Part shown: positions 28,207 through 40,209 of the stretch, piece by piece | How the letters are laid out: each line of letters starts with the position of its first letter | Position numbering within the stretch: the first letter of the stretch is position 1 | From: Phyllosticta citribraziliensis | Taxonomy: Eukaryota | Assembly (NCBI RefSeq): GCF_038025025.1 | Contig: NW_027117348.1 | Location: forward strand, 496,001-560,000 | Direction: 5' to 3' | DNA: 64,000 bases | Notes under the pieces: model-generated | Databases searched by the model: none | Told to the model about the DNA's origin: nothing | What the model saw: the letters and a program-made list of their open reading frames with translations, nothing else | Translations under genes and position numbers: made by a program

Positions 28207-28789
28207 ATGCCCGACATGCACTGTCAGGCCCAAAGAGCCTCTTCAACGTCTTGCCGCTGCCACGAGTGCCACTCTCTGCTCTGCATGGACCGTTGGACCG
28301 ATCACTACCTCGAGGAGCACGGCCAATATCCCCAGGAGCTCGATTTATCACAAGGAAATACCAAAGGCGAAGCAATGGGGAAATCAAGGGACACTGGTCT
28401 CTCAGATACACGCGTCTCTGGCTCTGGTTCTGGACTGTCCCACCGCAGTGGAGGCTCTTCCGTGCCACAGAAATCGAAGCGCTCCCCGCCTCCAAAAGCC
28501 ACTGAGCGGACGAGTATGTTGTTTCTCTTCGGTGTCTCCAATTGTCTGACTCTAGATAGATTCTACATCTTCTTGCGTCATCTTCACACCTGCATCTTCG
28601 CATCACTTGGACTCTCGCCATATTCCAGAGCAACAAAGCCGAGCCTCCGGGACCGTCAGAGGCGGCGACACTGGGCGAGTAGGCACTGCTGCCAGTGATG
28701 ATTACACCATGGAAAAATACCTTGGAAGCTCTGACCAACCGTGGTCATTGTACAACATGCGCTCTGGAAACCTTGAACAGAAAAAATGA
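28207..28789 (+). CDS. Hypothetical protein with possible C2H2-like motif; 5' end uncertain
   Basis: CHECHSLLCMDRWTDHYLEEH; a plausible GTATGT...CTGAC...TAG intron (~28514-28559) joins ORF 28207 to ORF 28607 in frame. Confidence 0.3.
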
Positions 28790-29530
28790 TGGCCGAATTG
28801 GGCCAAAACGCATGATCTGGCAGTGCCATGGCGGAGTTGGGCTCGCAGCCCCGCTGGGCGACTTAACTTCCACCAGGCCTTCCTTTCCGTGGCTCCAGAA
28901 CGAATTTTCGCCATTAGACATCGCCCTTTAGGAGTTTGTCATGCTACAAATGCATACCAACGGCCATGCTCTCGGAAAAACTGAAATCCGCTTTCCACAG
29001 ATCCAAATAAGGACTCTATCATTCATTCTACCTCCTTGAATTTGAATATCACAACACAAGCATATCGAAGAAACGAAAAGGCACTTTGCGCCCATTTACG
29101 ACACTCGCCGCAGGTTTCGGCATTTGACTGAGGATTGTTTGAGCATGAGGAAGTCTCTTTGGTTTCCTAATTTTTGAAGGATGTCATGTATTTTCGGTGG
29201 GATAAAAGTGTCGTCTGCATTGTTTGCGTTTCCAGCGAGTGTTAACACGGGTTGCTGTGCTTTCGTCTTGTTGGAGATATGCATGTGAATTCTTTACATC
29301 TCTCATAGAAAGACTTGAATGAAACTACATCAAGATCAACAGAAAGAATAGAAACAAATTGGTCTGCATCAAAGAAGACGTCATCAACTTGCTAGCCGTC
29401 CGGTTCGTCCGGGGTTTCGGTACCGAGCACGATCCCGAGCCCGCACCCGGAGGATCCCGACCGACGACGACGCTTCCCGAACTTTCATCTCCTCTGCTCC
29501 ACCAAAACCCTTGACACTGGCGAGCAAAGC

Positions 29531-29892
29531 ATGGCAAAACTGTCAGGTTTGCAACGAGACGTCTTGTCCCTCTACCGCAATTGTCTGCGAGCGGCGAGGA
29601 AGAAGCCAGAGGCAAGTGGAGCCCAACGCCAGAGGCGAAACAGGATGTTGACCAAGACGACAGGATACGAGAAGGAACTGGAAGGCGTTCGCAAGGTTCG
29701 CACAGCATCGCCTCCACCCGTTGCAACGTTTCACCAAGGAGATGGGACTAACGAGAAGCACGCAGAGAAGAGTTTGAGAAGAACATGTCGATTGGCAAAC
29801 GCGACTTTGGCGCAATCGAGTACATGCTTCGCAAAGGACATCGTCAATTAGAGATTTACGAGGACCAGGGTATTCGAGACATTCATCGTTAG
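29531..29892 (+). CDS. SDH6: LYR-motif succinate dehydrogenase assembly factor 1 (Sdh6/SDHAF1), 3 exons
   Basis: Spliced product MAKLSGLQRDVLSLYRNCLRAARKKPEDTRRNWKAFAREEFEKNMSIGKRDFGAIEYMLRKGHRQLEIY...; introns 29612-29663 (GC-AG) and 29696-29765. Confidence 0.9.
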
Positions 29893-30121
29893 AGCAATCC
29901 AAAGCAAAGCGAGCATGCAGCATCTTCGAAGAGCCTCATAGGTAAGGCAAAGCCGAGCTGGGACATGTCAGACAACATGTCACGTGATAGAATCGACTAG
30001 AACCCCACACCCCGCTGGCCAGCCCCCGGACGATCATCAGTCGATCGTAGCTTGTAGAAGCCTCTTGGTGATTCATGGCACTGCGCCGAGATTCCACAAC
30101 TCTCTCGAATTTGCCAAATGT

Positions 30122-30190
30122 AGGGGAACATAGTGGTGTCACCGACCTGGCCGAGATTTCTAGAATGGAGCGCTCGAGTATATAGGGGGC
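30122..30190 (+). promoter_or_regulatory. Putative stress promoter of the small HSP gene (HSE-like, STRE-like, TATA)
   Basis: AGGGG at ~30122 and ~30185, GAGATTTCTAGAA at 30153-30165, TATATA at ~30179. Confidence 0.5.
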
Positions 30191-30337
30191 CTCGACCATC
30201 TCCATTGACCAGACCAGACAACAACAAAGCAAATCAATCACTTCATGCAATCACTGCGACCAACACTTCGAAGACTTCCACGAGCTTTCAAAATCACCAA
30301 GTCTCCCATCTCCAAAATCCACACCACACCGACCACA

Positions 30338-30946
30338 ATGTCAATGTTCCCTCGCGCCTTCACTCAGGAGATCTCTCCTCTCTTCCGCCTCCTCGACGAC
30401 TACGACCGCGTCAGCCGCTCCGCCTTCCGCGACGTCCCGCAGTCAATCCGCACTTTCGCCCCCAAGTTCGACGTCAAGGAGACGAAGGAAGCCTACGAGC
30501 TCCATGGCGAACTCCCCGGCATCGCTCAAAAGGACATCAACATTGAATGGAGCGACGGCAACACCCTGACCATCTCTGGCCGCACCGAGCACCGCGCTGA
30601 GCGTGGCGAGCGACCCCAGGGCTTCATCGAGGAGGGCGAGGCATCCGAACAGCACAAGAAGGACTACCACAAGCCCACGGTCGAGGAAGAGAACGCCAAC
30701 GCCTCCAAGGGCAAGCAGACCTCGACCGAAGTCACCACCACCGACAAGAACCAGGAAATCGGCAAGCCATCGGACGAGGCCAAGTACTGGGTCACGGAGC
30801 GCTCGGTCGGCGAATTCCACCGCTCCTTCAGCTTCCCCGGCCGCGTCGACCAAGAAAATGTCAAGGCTAGCCTGAAGGATGGTGTCCTTGCCATCACTGT
30901 TCCCAAGGCCAAGGCGCCGCAGGCCAGGAAGATTGCTATCCAGTAA
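30338..30946 (+). CDS. Small heat-shock protein (Hsp20/alpha-crystallin; fungal Hsp30 type)
   Basis: FAPKFDVKETKEAYELHGELPGI, NTLTISGR, ERSVGEFHRSFSFP, ASLKDGVLAITVPK. ATG 30338 preferred over the upstream in-frame ATG. Confidence 0.95.
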   Translation: MSMFPRAFTQEISPLFRLLDDYDRVSRSAFRDVPQSIRTFAPKFDVKETKEAYELHGELPGIAQKDINIEWSDGNTLTISGRTEHRAERGERPQGFIEEGEASEQHKKDYHKPTVEEENANASKGKQTSTEVTTTDKNQEIGKPSDEAKYWVTERSVGEFHRSFSFPGRVDQENVKASLKDGVLAITVPKAKAPQARKIAIQ

Positions 30947-31183
30947 ACGGGTGCATGAATCCGCCTAACTGCGCAATTCTCTTCCGATATTTTCTCGATT
31001 TCGACCTCCCTCCCTCGTCTTCCTGGTTCAGCGAGAGCTCACACAAACACATCACATTCTACGATTTCAACGCTTCACGACTACTCCTTTTACTCTGTTG
31101 ATGGTGAAAATTTGAGGTGGTATGTACGGGAGTGAAACGAACGGGGACGCTCCTTTGGAATTCAGCAAGGTGTCTTATGGATT

Positions 31184-31525
31184 TGGATAGTTTAATCAAC
31201 ATCTTTTCAAAGAACTTGAACGATCTGAGTCTTCTGTTCTCAAAGTGAAAGTAACAGTGATGCGTGTCTGCCCAAGTTGACAGTTCAATTGCACTAGCTC
31301 CCTTGAGGTCTGTGACTCCACCAAGACTCAATGACTTTAGAATGTTTCAAATAGCTGGATAGTTTAATCAACATCTTTTCAAAGAACTTGAACGATTTGA
31401 GTCTTCTGTCCTTAAAGTGAAAGTAACAGTGATGCGTGTCTGCCCAAGTTGACAGTTCAATTGCACTAGCTCCCTTGAGGTCTATGACTCCACCAAGACT
31501 CAATGACTTTAGAATGTTTCAAATA
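31184..31525. repeat. Tandem duplication, 172-bp period, 2 copies
   Basis: Copies start at 31184 and 31356 (TGGATAGTTTAATCAAC...); the few differences I found are transitions. Confidence 0.95.
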
Positions 31526-31825
31526 GGTCTAGCAAATTACTGAAACTAAATTTTCTGCATGTGCCCAAATCGATGACATCCGGCTGATGGTAACCAAATC
31601 GGTTAGCGCAGAGAGTTGCGGCGAAGTTCAGCCGAACCAGACCGCCCTCTCTGAGGTGGCTCTGCCGCCGCCCGCGACAGCTCGTCCGACCATCAACTTT
31701 GTGTCTGAACAGACCAGCCTCCCTCGACCCACGCCGGAGCCGCCCTTAAAATATATCGTTATCTATCTTGTCCCCTTCTTTTGCATTTTGGAACTCCGTT
31801 TGCGTCTACCGGCAACTTTGACACG

Positions 31826-32757
31826 ATGAACGCCCCGGATAGGTGAGTGCTTCACTCAGCTCATTGCGCCCTTCAGTTGCAAGTCTCAGCGGGCGGCGCG
31901 TCGGAACAATGTCACACCAGGAATTCCCGGCGGGCGCTCGATTGTTGCGCCTGGTGGGCACCAAACGGCAGTCACGAAGTACCCTCATGGCCTTTAAAAC
32001 GCCCATCGACACTCGACCGACCTTACCACTCACCAACAACAAGTCGTCGTCTACTGGATACTGGTGAATAGCGTCACACGACATCATGGTTTCGCCTCTT
32101 CGAGATGTGGTCTACATCGACCAACACTCGCCCCGCGAGCAGGACCCGCCTGAACTCGACTTGACCCCATACGGCCCTGGCAACTTCCCCTTCAACCGGG
32201 ACCGCAAGCTCGACGGCAAAGGTCGCCAGCCCGCGACCTCTGTCGAACTCCACGCCCATCTCAACAAATATTCGTTCCAGACGAAGAACAAGCCGCCTGC
32301 TGAGCATCCGCGCCAGTACCATACTAACGAATCGCAAAGGTTTGAGTTGTTCATTCTCGGGCCGGGAGAGAAGAAGGTTTCTTGGGAGCACGACACTCGT
32401 AAGTGACCCGCTCATCCTGGCGTATCTTGTCGAAAGAGCGCATGAGCTGACCTGAACGACCGCACAGGCGTCCCCAACACGGCCATCTTCACCTTCAACA
32501 AGGAAGACCACACCCTGGGCAACCTTCTCGCGCAGCGCCTGCACAAGTACCGCTACGTCAACTTCAGCGGCTACCAAGTCCCGCACCCGCTTTTTGCTTC
32601 GTTCAAGCTCCGCGTCTCGACCGATGGTAGCGTGACTCCCAAGGACGCCGTCATCAATGCTTGCCGCGACGTCGTCCAGGACCTCGAAGTCTTCTCGCGC
32701 GAGTTTACAAAGGAGATGGAGCTCAAGAAGATTGCCAAGGCCGGTGGTGAGGCATGA
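31826..32757 (+). CDS. RPB11: RNA polymerase II subunit Rpb11, 3 exons
   Basis: Exon 1 31826-31842 (MNAPDR), intron 31843-32339, exon 2 FELFILGPGEKK, intron 32399-32467, exon 3 VPNTAIFTFNKEDHTLGNLL...GYQVPHPL. Confidence 0.95.
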
Positions 32758-33657
32758 GCGGATAATGGGCACGCAACAAGCACACACTGCGCGTGGGCTC
32801 TGTCGGTGCAACCCACGTATGGACGCGTCTTTGTGGAATTGAGGTCGGTGGATCTGGACGCGACACGACGCTATTGGCCACGGCTTCGTCGACCGCCATC
32901 TTGGCCTTTTCGTCGACCTCTACGCAATATCCCACCCGAGTAGGAAACAACACCGAAGACGCCTCCATTGCAAGAGCACGAGGCCACAATCACTCTTCCA
33001 TTGACCACCACTACATCCACCTATTCAGCATAGCGGGCGCCAGCGAGCACGAGCACGCGCACACGAACTCGGACACGGCGCACGGCGTTTGGGCCTACTG
33101 TAAACAAAAGGATCACGGCGTGAGGAGACTGGGCGGAAGGCAGGACACCATCAAAAGCATCTTCGGCGGAATGGCTCGCATGAACTGGGTTGGCCCGGTT
33201 TGCCTTTTAGGTTCACTTGAATTGATTTCTTCTCCCTCGCTGAGCTGTAGTCAGGCAGACGGATTGAAGGACACGTTTCCGACGGAGTTGCATTGAATGA
33301 GTGACTTGGGTGACTTCGATTCGCTTGAGACTTCCGGTGTCTATGTCGCCATACTTTATCAACAAAGCAGCAGTCTTTGCTTTTCATAGTCATGGGTGCT
33401 AGGGCAGGTAAATATTTGGAAGATTGCTGTGCCATTGTTTTTGATGCTGGAAGAAAGATCAACGAAAAGAGCCAACGCTGAAGCAAACAAGCACGCTCAT
33501 ACTGTTATTGGTATTGATTCGACAGGTATATCTCAAAGATGATTCGCGCAAGCAACAAACCAATGTCAAATTTTGTTCGGCAGCGCTATCCACCCATTTG
33601 CTCACTCATCCCTCAATCTACCCATCGCCAATCCACATTCATTCCGTTTGGTAGGTC

Positions 33658-35676
33658 CTAGTGGTGGAACAACCGAATGTGCTGCTCGACAAAGACGACG
33701 CCCAGCTTCTCGGCCGTCTCGAAGACGGCCTTGTCGTTCTGGCTGCCGCTGGGGGCGGCGACGTACTTTGCACCCGAGCGGGCGGCGCGGTAGACGTTGT
33801 CGATGAAGGGGAAGAAGGCGTCGGAGGAGACGGCGACGCCCTTGAGCTGGGCGAGCCAGGCGGCGCGCTCGTCGGGCGTGAAGCTGGCCGGCACGTCGGC
33901 GGGCTCGAACATGCGCTCAAAGTCGGCGCGCTCGGGGCCCGACGCGGGCACGCTGCCCGAGCACAGCAGGTCGATGGCGTTGGACTTGTCCGGGCGCTTG
34001 GTGCCCTTCTTGAACTTGAGGGCGAGGGTGCGCTCGTGGTAGCGCATCCACCAGTTGTCGGCCTTGTCGCCGGCCAGGCGCGTGCAGTGGATGCGCGACT
34101 GCTGGCCGGCGCCCAGCCCGACGACCTGCCCGTTGAGCGCGTAGCACACGCTGTTGGACTGGGTGTACTTGAGGGCGATGGTGGCGACGGTCAGGTCGCG
34201 CAGGGCCGACTCGGGGAGCGCCGTCGACGGCGACGCCGCCTGCGGCACGATGACGTTGGAGAAGGTGGCCGGGCTGATTCTGGCGTCGTTGCGGTGCTGC
34301 GTTAGGCTGATGCCGTACACGGTGCGCTGCTCCATGGTGGCCGGCTCGAACTCGGGGTCCATCTGGAGGACCAGGTACTTGCCGCCCTTTTTGGCCTTGA
34401 GGATTTCGAGCGCCTCGGGGACGTAGCCCGGGGCGATGATGCCGTCGGATACCTCGCGCGAGATGATCTTGGCCGTCGGCACGTCGACCTCGTCCGACAC
34501 GGCAATCATGTCGCCGAAGCTCGACATGCGGTCGGCGCCGCGGGCGCGGGCATAGGCCTGAGCCAGCGCCGACGACTCGATGCCGGCAATGTCGTCGACC
34601 ATGTAGACCTTGCGGTCGGCGTCGGACAGGGGCACGCCAATGGCAGCGCCGGCGGGCGAGACGTGCTTGAAGGAGGCGGCGGCGGGCAGGCCCAGGGCGT
34701 TCTTGAGCTCCTTGACCAGCGGCCACGCGTTGAGGGCGTCGAGCAGGTTGACGTAGCCGGGAGCGCCGCCCAGGACCTTGAAGGGGAGGTTGCCGTCGCG
34801 CACAAAGGCGGCGGCGGGCTTCTGGTGAGGGTTGGTGCCGTAGCGGAGCGTGACCTGCTGGAGGCCATCGCCGGCGTACTGCTTGCGGAAAAAGTCGGAA
34901 ATGGCCGTGTCGTAGTCGGCCGTGTGGGTGAAGGCCTTGAGGGCGTAGAGCTGCCTCTTTTGCTCGGAAATGTCGCCCTTTTGCTCGAGCTCGATCAAAA
35001 AGTCGTGGTAGTCCTCGGGGTCGCTGAGGATGGTGACGCGGCTGTGGTTCTTGGCCGCGGCGCGGAGCAGGGTCACGCCGCCAATGTCAATGTCCTCGAC
35101 AGCCTCGGGGATGGTGACGTTGACCTTGGACACAGTCTCCTGGAAGGGGTACAGGTTGCAGACACAAAAGTCAATCTTTTGGATGTTTTGGTCGGCCTTG
35201 GAGGTCAGTGCGTGTCGAAATGGTGGACGTAGAACTTACGAGGTCCTGCTGGTCCGAGGGAATCTCACGGGCAAGGAGACCGCCGTGGACGGCCGGGTGG
35301 AGGGTCTTGACGCGGCCTCCCAGCATCTCCGGGGCGTTTGTGAGGGCCGAGATGTCTTCAACGGGGAAGCCACCCTCCCGAATCATCTTGGCGGTGCCGC
35401 CCGAGGCGTAGACCCTGAATTGGTTAGATGGATTCCAGTGGGCCAATGGCATGGGAGGAGATTGCTTACTTGACATTGTTCTTGACAAGGCCCTTGGCGA
35501 GGTCCAAAAGACCCTGTACAAAAGGTCAACAACGGCCGGATGGGTGCGGCGGGGCAGACGCACAGTCTTGTTGAAGACGCTGATGATGGCTGTGGATGTG
35601 TCGGGACAGTCAGCGAGGCGGGAGGCGGCGAGGGCCGAGAGCACGTACCCCTCTTCTGGGAAGTTTCGGAAGCCAT
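33658..35676 (-). CDS. ADE17: Bifunctional AICAR transformylase / IMP cyclohydrolase (PurH; ADE16/ADE17 type)
   Basis: [82 protein letters not shown]; several short 5' exons. Confidence 0.96.
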
Positions 35677-36750
35677 TATTGATGGAGGAGTGGTGGAGGA
35701 GAGCAATGCAGACATGAAGTGAATTTTGGCGTCGGGTCGTCTGGATTATTACGCCACCTTTCTGCCTTACAAGGCACCACCAAAAAGACCCCGCCATCCG
35801 GAGGCAGCCCGGCCCGAGACGCGTCACGTGAGCGCCAAAATTGCATTTCTATAGGCCGCGCGCTCGCCGCCAGATTCTTTTCTCCTTCATACCAAACGCA
35901 AAAATACAACGCTCGCAATAAAAGCATTTCTGATTTCGAGGTACCCGTCGTCTACGGACGTCCGAGGCGCCCATGACAACAGAAACCGTCTGTCGAGTGG
36001 AGAACAGCTCCAGCGATGGATCTTGGGTGCGGTCCCTCTCATGCCATGGGAGGGAGCGCAATGATCTGCCGTACATACAACCGTGATGTGATGATTCTGG
36101 TGATTGAGTCTGATGAGCTGCGCAGGCAGGGTTTTGCTGGGCGACGTTCCTTGGCCACGTCTCTACATGGATACGCTGACAGCAAATGTACACTCCGCAC
36201 ACGTCTCTGCATGGATACGCCTGAGCAAATCTACGTGCTGCATCTGCAGTCTTGTGCCGCTTAACCTATGGATGGGCATCCACTCAAGTGATGCTCTCCT
36301 CAAACGCAGGGCTTTCTTCTTCTCGCAAGATGATCATAGGACAGCCAGACAGGTCGAGGGGGACGCTGCCTGGGAGGACTGCTTGCTGTTGTATGTTATG
36401 TGAAGAGGAGAAAGAGTTTGCGCCGGCCGCGCGCAAAAGAAGTGCGGCGGGCGGCGCGTGCGTCCACCACTCAGCGGCTAGCCCTAGTGAAGCTTGCGTT
36501 GCGTGCCGCGATGCTGTTGACCGCTACCAAAGTTTATTCGTAGAAGACCCAGCTGCAGCCTGGGCAATGCATCGAGAATCAATGCCGTCGCCATTGAAGA
36601 CAGTGTTCGCCATGACAGACCTTTCCTAGGAGTAGACCTGCTAGACGTATACCCAGACCAGACCAGCTAAACGAGAAGCTACCTCGGCGGCCTTGCAGCG
36701 CGACGACCACGGCAGACAGCCGCTCAACCTCATCCGTCGTCGTCGCGAGA

Positions 36751-39681
36751 ATGTGGTCCTCTCGACGCGTCGTGGCCAACCGTGGCGCCGCATCACTTCG
36801 CTGGGCTCTCTCGCCGCACGCGCGCCTGACTAGCTGCCTGCGCGCTGCCGCGAACCGGAGCTACATAACCACCCACCTGTCTTCCTCCACCTCCACCTCC
36901 ACCTCCACCTACACCTCTCCCTCTCGCCCCACCACCCGCCTCCCTCCCAGATCCCTCCCCCGCTTCGTCAGGTACTGCTCCCACCGAAGAAACATGTGCA
37001 AACACTTCGACGCCGGCTCCAACCTGGACATTTCCAAGGGCCGCGAGGTCCTGCCCAAGAATGTCAAGCCCCTCCACTACGACCTGACCCTGGAACCCAA
37101 CCTCGAGACATTCGAGTACGAGGGCAAGGTCGTCATCGAGTAAGCCACTCCTCTTCCATCTCTACAAAGCTGACCAGCCAGGCTCGACGTCGCCGAAAAC
37201 TCCAACTCCATCTCCCTCAACACCCTCGACCTCAAGATCAACTCGACCACCGTCTCCTCTGGCGGCGCCACCATCTCCTCCAACCCCGAACTCTCCTACA
37301 ATGAAGACACGCAGACCACCACGGTATCCTTCAAGGAGACGATACCCGCCGGCAGCAAGGCCACCCTCACCCAGACCTTCACCGGCACCCTAAACAACAA
37401 CATGGCGGGCTTCTACCGGTCGTCATACACGGGCTCCGATGGAAAGCAAAAGTACATGGCCACGACTCAGATGGAGCCGACCGACGCCAGGAGGGCTTTC
37501 CCCTGCTTCGACGAGCCGGCTCTCAAGTCCAAGTTTACCGTCACTCTGGTCGCCGACAAGAACCTCACGTGTCTGAGCAACATGGACGCCGTCGCGGAGA
37601 AGGATATCGACTCCAAGATGAGCGGCGACAAGAAAAAGGCCGTCACCTTCCGGGAGACGCCCCTCATGTCCACCTACCTGCTGGCCTTTATCGTCGGAGA
37701 GCTCAACGTCATTGAGAGCAACGACTTTCGCGTCCCCGTCCGCGTCTTTGCGACCCCAGACAAGGACATTTCCCACGGCAAGTTCTCGGTCGACCTCGCT
37801 GCGCGCACGCTCGAATTCTACGAGAAAAAGTTCAACAGCCCATTCCCGCTGCCCAAGATGGACATGGTTGCCATTCCCGACTTCAGCGCTGGTGCCATGG
37901 AGAACTGGGGTCTCGTCACATACCGCGTCGTCGACGTTTTGTTTGACGAAAAGACTAGCGGCGCGTCGACCAAGCAGCGCGTTGCCGAGGTGGTGCAGCA
38001 TGAGCTGGCCCACCAATGGTTCGGAAACTTGGTCACCATGGACTTTTGGGACGGTCTGTGGCTGAACGAGGGCTTTGCTACATGGATGTCGTGGTACTCG
38101 TGCAACGAATTCTACCCCGAGTGGAAGGTGTGGCAGGGATACGTCACCGACAACCTCCAGAGTGCCTTGTCGCTCGACTCGCTGCGCTCCAGCCACCCCA
38201 TCGAGGTCCCGGTCAAGCGTGCCGACGAAATCAACCAAATCTTTGATGCCATTTCCTACTCCAAGGGATCCTGCGTCTTGCGGATGATTTCCAAATATCT
38301 CGGCGAGGAGACGTTCATGGAGGGCATCCGCCGTTACCTCAAGAAGCACGCGTACGGCAACACTCAGACGAGCGACTTGTGGGCTTCGTTGAGCGACGCC
38401 AGCGGCAAGGACGTGGAAAAGGTCATGGACATTTGGACCAAGAATGTCGGCTTCCCCGTCGTCACCGTCACCGAAAAGCCCGAATCCAGCTCGATCCACG
38501 TCAAGCAGAACCGCTTCCTGCGCACTTCTGATGTCAAGCCTGAGGAGGACAAGACTCTGTTCCCCGTCTTCTTGGGTCTCCGCACCAAGGACGGCATCGA
38601 CGAGGACGTCACTCTCAACAAGCGCGAGGCGGACATCAAGGTCAAGGATCTCGACTTTTACAAGCTCAACGCAGACCACTCGGGCATCTACCGCACGTCG
38701 TATGCCCCTGAGCGCCTGCAAAAGCTCGGCGAGGCTGCCAAGCAAGGTCTCCTCTCTGTCGAGGACCGTGCCGGCATGATTGCTGATGCTGGTGCCCTTG
38801 CTGCTTCGGGGTACCAAAAGACGTCTGGCCTCTTGAGCCTGCTTGAAGGCTTCAAGACGGAGAGCGAGTACGTCGTCTGGGACGAGCTCATGGCCCGCAT
38901 CGGCTCCCTCCGCGCGGCTTGGGTCTTTGAGGACGAAGCCGTCAAGGACGCGCTGAAGAAGTTCCAGCTCAAGCTGATCGCCGACAAGGCTCACGAGCTC
39001 GGCTGGGAGTTCAAGGAGAGCGACGGTCACATTGAGCAGCAATTCAAGGCGCTCCTCTTCGGCTCGGCAGGTCTGGCCGGCGACGAAAAGGTCAAGAAGG
39101 CTGCGTTTGACATGTTTGAAAAGTTCAAGAACGGTGACGACTCGGCCATCCACCCCAACATCCGCGGCAGCGTGTATGGCATCGTCCTCAGCTACGGCGG
39201 TGAGGAGGAATACAACGCCATCCTCAACGAGTACCGCAACGGCACCACTAGCGACAAGCGCAACACGGCGCTGCGTTCGATTGGACGCGCCAAGAAGCCC
39301 GAGCTGATCAAGCGGACATTGAGCATGCCGCTCAGCGACGAGGTCAAGGGCCAGGACGTCTACCTCCCGATTGGAGCGTTGCGGACGCACAAGGAGGGTA
39401 TCGAGGCGCTGTGGCAGTGGATGACGGAGAACTGGGCGGAGCTGGAGAAGAAGCTGCCGCCGGGCCTGACGATGCTGAGCTCGGTGGTGACGATTTCGAC
39501 GTCGAGCTTCACGCACAAGGATCAAATGACGCGCATTGAAGACTTCTTCTCCAAGCGCAGCACCAAGGGCTTCGACCAGAGCTTGGCGCAGAGCTTGGAT
39601 GCCATCCGCGCCAAGGCCAACTGGATCGAAAGGGATAGCGACGATGTCAAGTCTTTCCTCAAGCAGCACGGTTACTTGTAG
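36751..39681 (+). CDS. APE2: M1 zinc aminopeptidase (Ape2-like)
   Basis: GAMENWG and HELAH...LWLNEG motifs; intron ~37140-37181; R/S-rich N-terminal extension before a second ATG at 36994. Confidence 0.95.
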
Positions 39682-40209
39682 GTGTTAGGATGGCAGTGCT
39701 CGGGACTGTAGAGCCAGGAATGTGTAGCGATGACGCAAGGCAGTATTGAACGGACAGCAATGAAAATTTTGAGTGCAAAGGGATGATGCCGGTAGACTGG
39801 TGAAGATGTATTGCGAAGGCAACGCTTGGCGGGTGACGTCAAGCGACGAGACGAGACGGGGAGCTCGAGAGTGCCGTCAAGGTTAAGGTAGTGGCCGTAG
39901 TGGCCGAACCCTGAGGGACGAAGTTCTCGTTGTTGACTCCCTGTCCTGTCCTGCCGTGCTGTCAGGTGCATTGCCCCCGCCGTCTTACGTTGCGCTGAAG
40001 GCTGAAGCTGCCCTGCGCCCCAACCGTTCTCCGCGGCATGTGAAGGAAGGCATTGGTTACCTCTGCTCCTACCTATGACCTGCACCTGCACCTGTCCCTG
40101 GACCTGGCCCTGGATTCCTCCCGCGACAAGACACCGTGGCTCCACCGCTGCCTGGTACCACCAAGAAAATGCGAGGCGCCTCAATTGACTGCTAAAACAT
40201 AACACAGCC

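Noticed and set aside
32086..32406. Treating ATG 32086 as the sole RPB11 start
   Set aside because: The canonical MNAPDR exon with a good donor exists at 31826; 32086 is kept only as a possible alternative isoform.
35824..35831. TCACGTGA E-box upstream of ADE17 (also at 29980)
   Set aside because: An 8-bp match alone is insufficient evidence of function.
37423..39669. 748-aa antisense ORF
   Set aside because: Shadow of the strongly codon-biased APE2 frame; the same applies to antisense ORFs over ADE17, GCD11, SEC59 and DAHP synthase.
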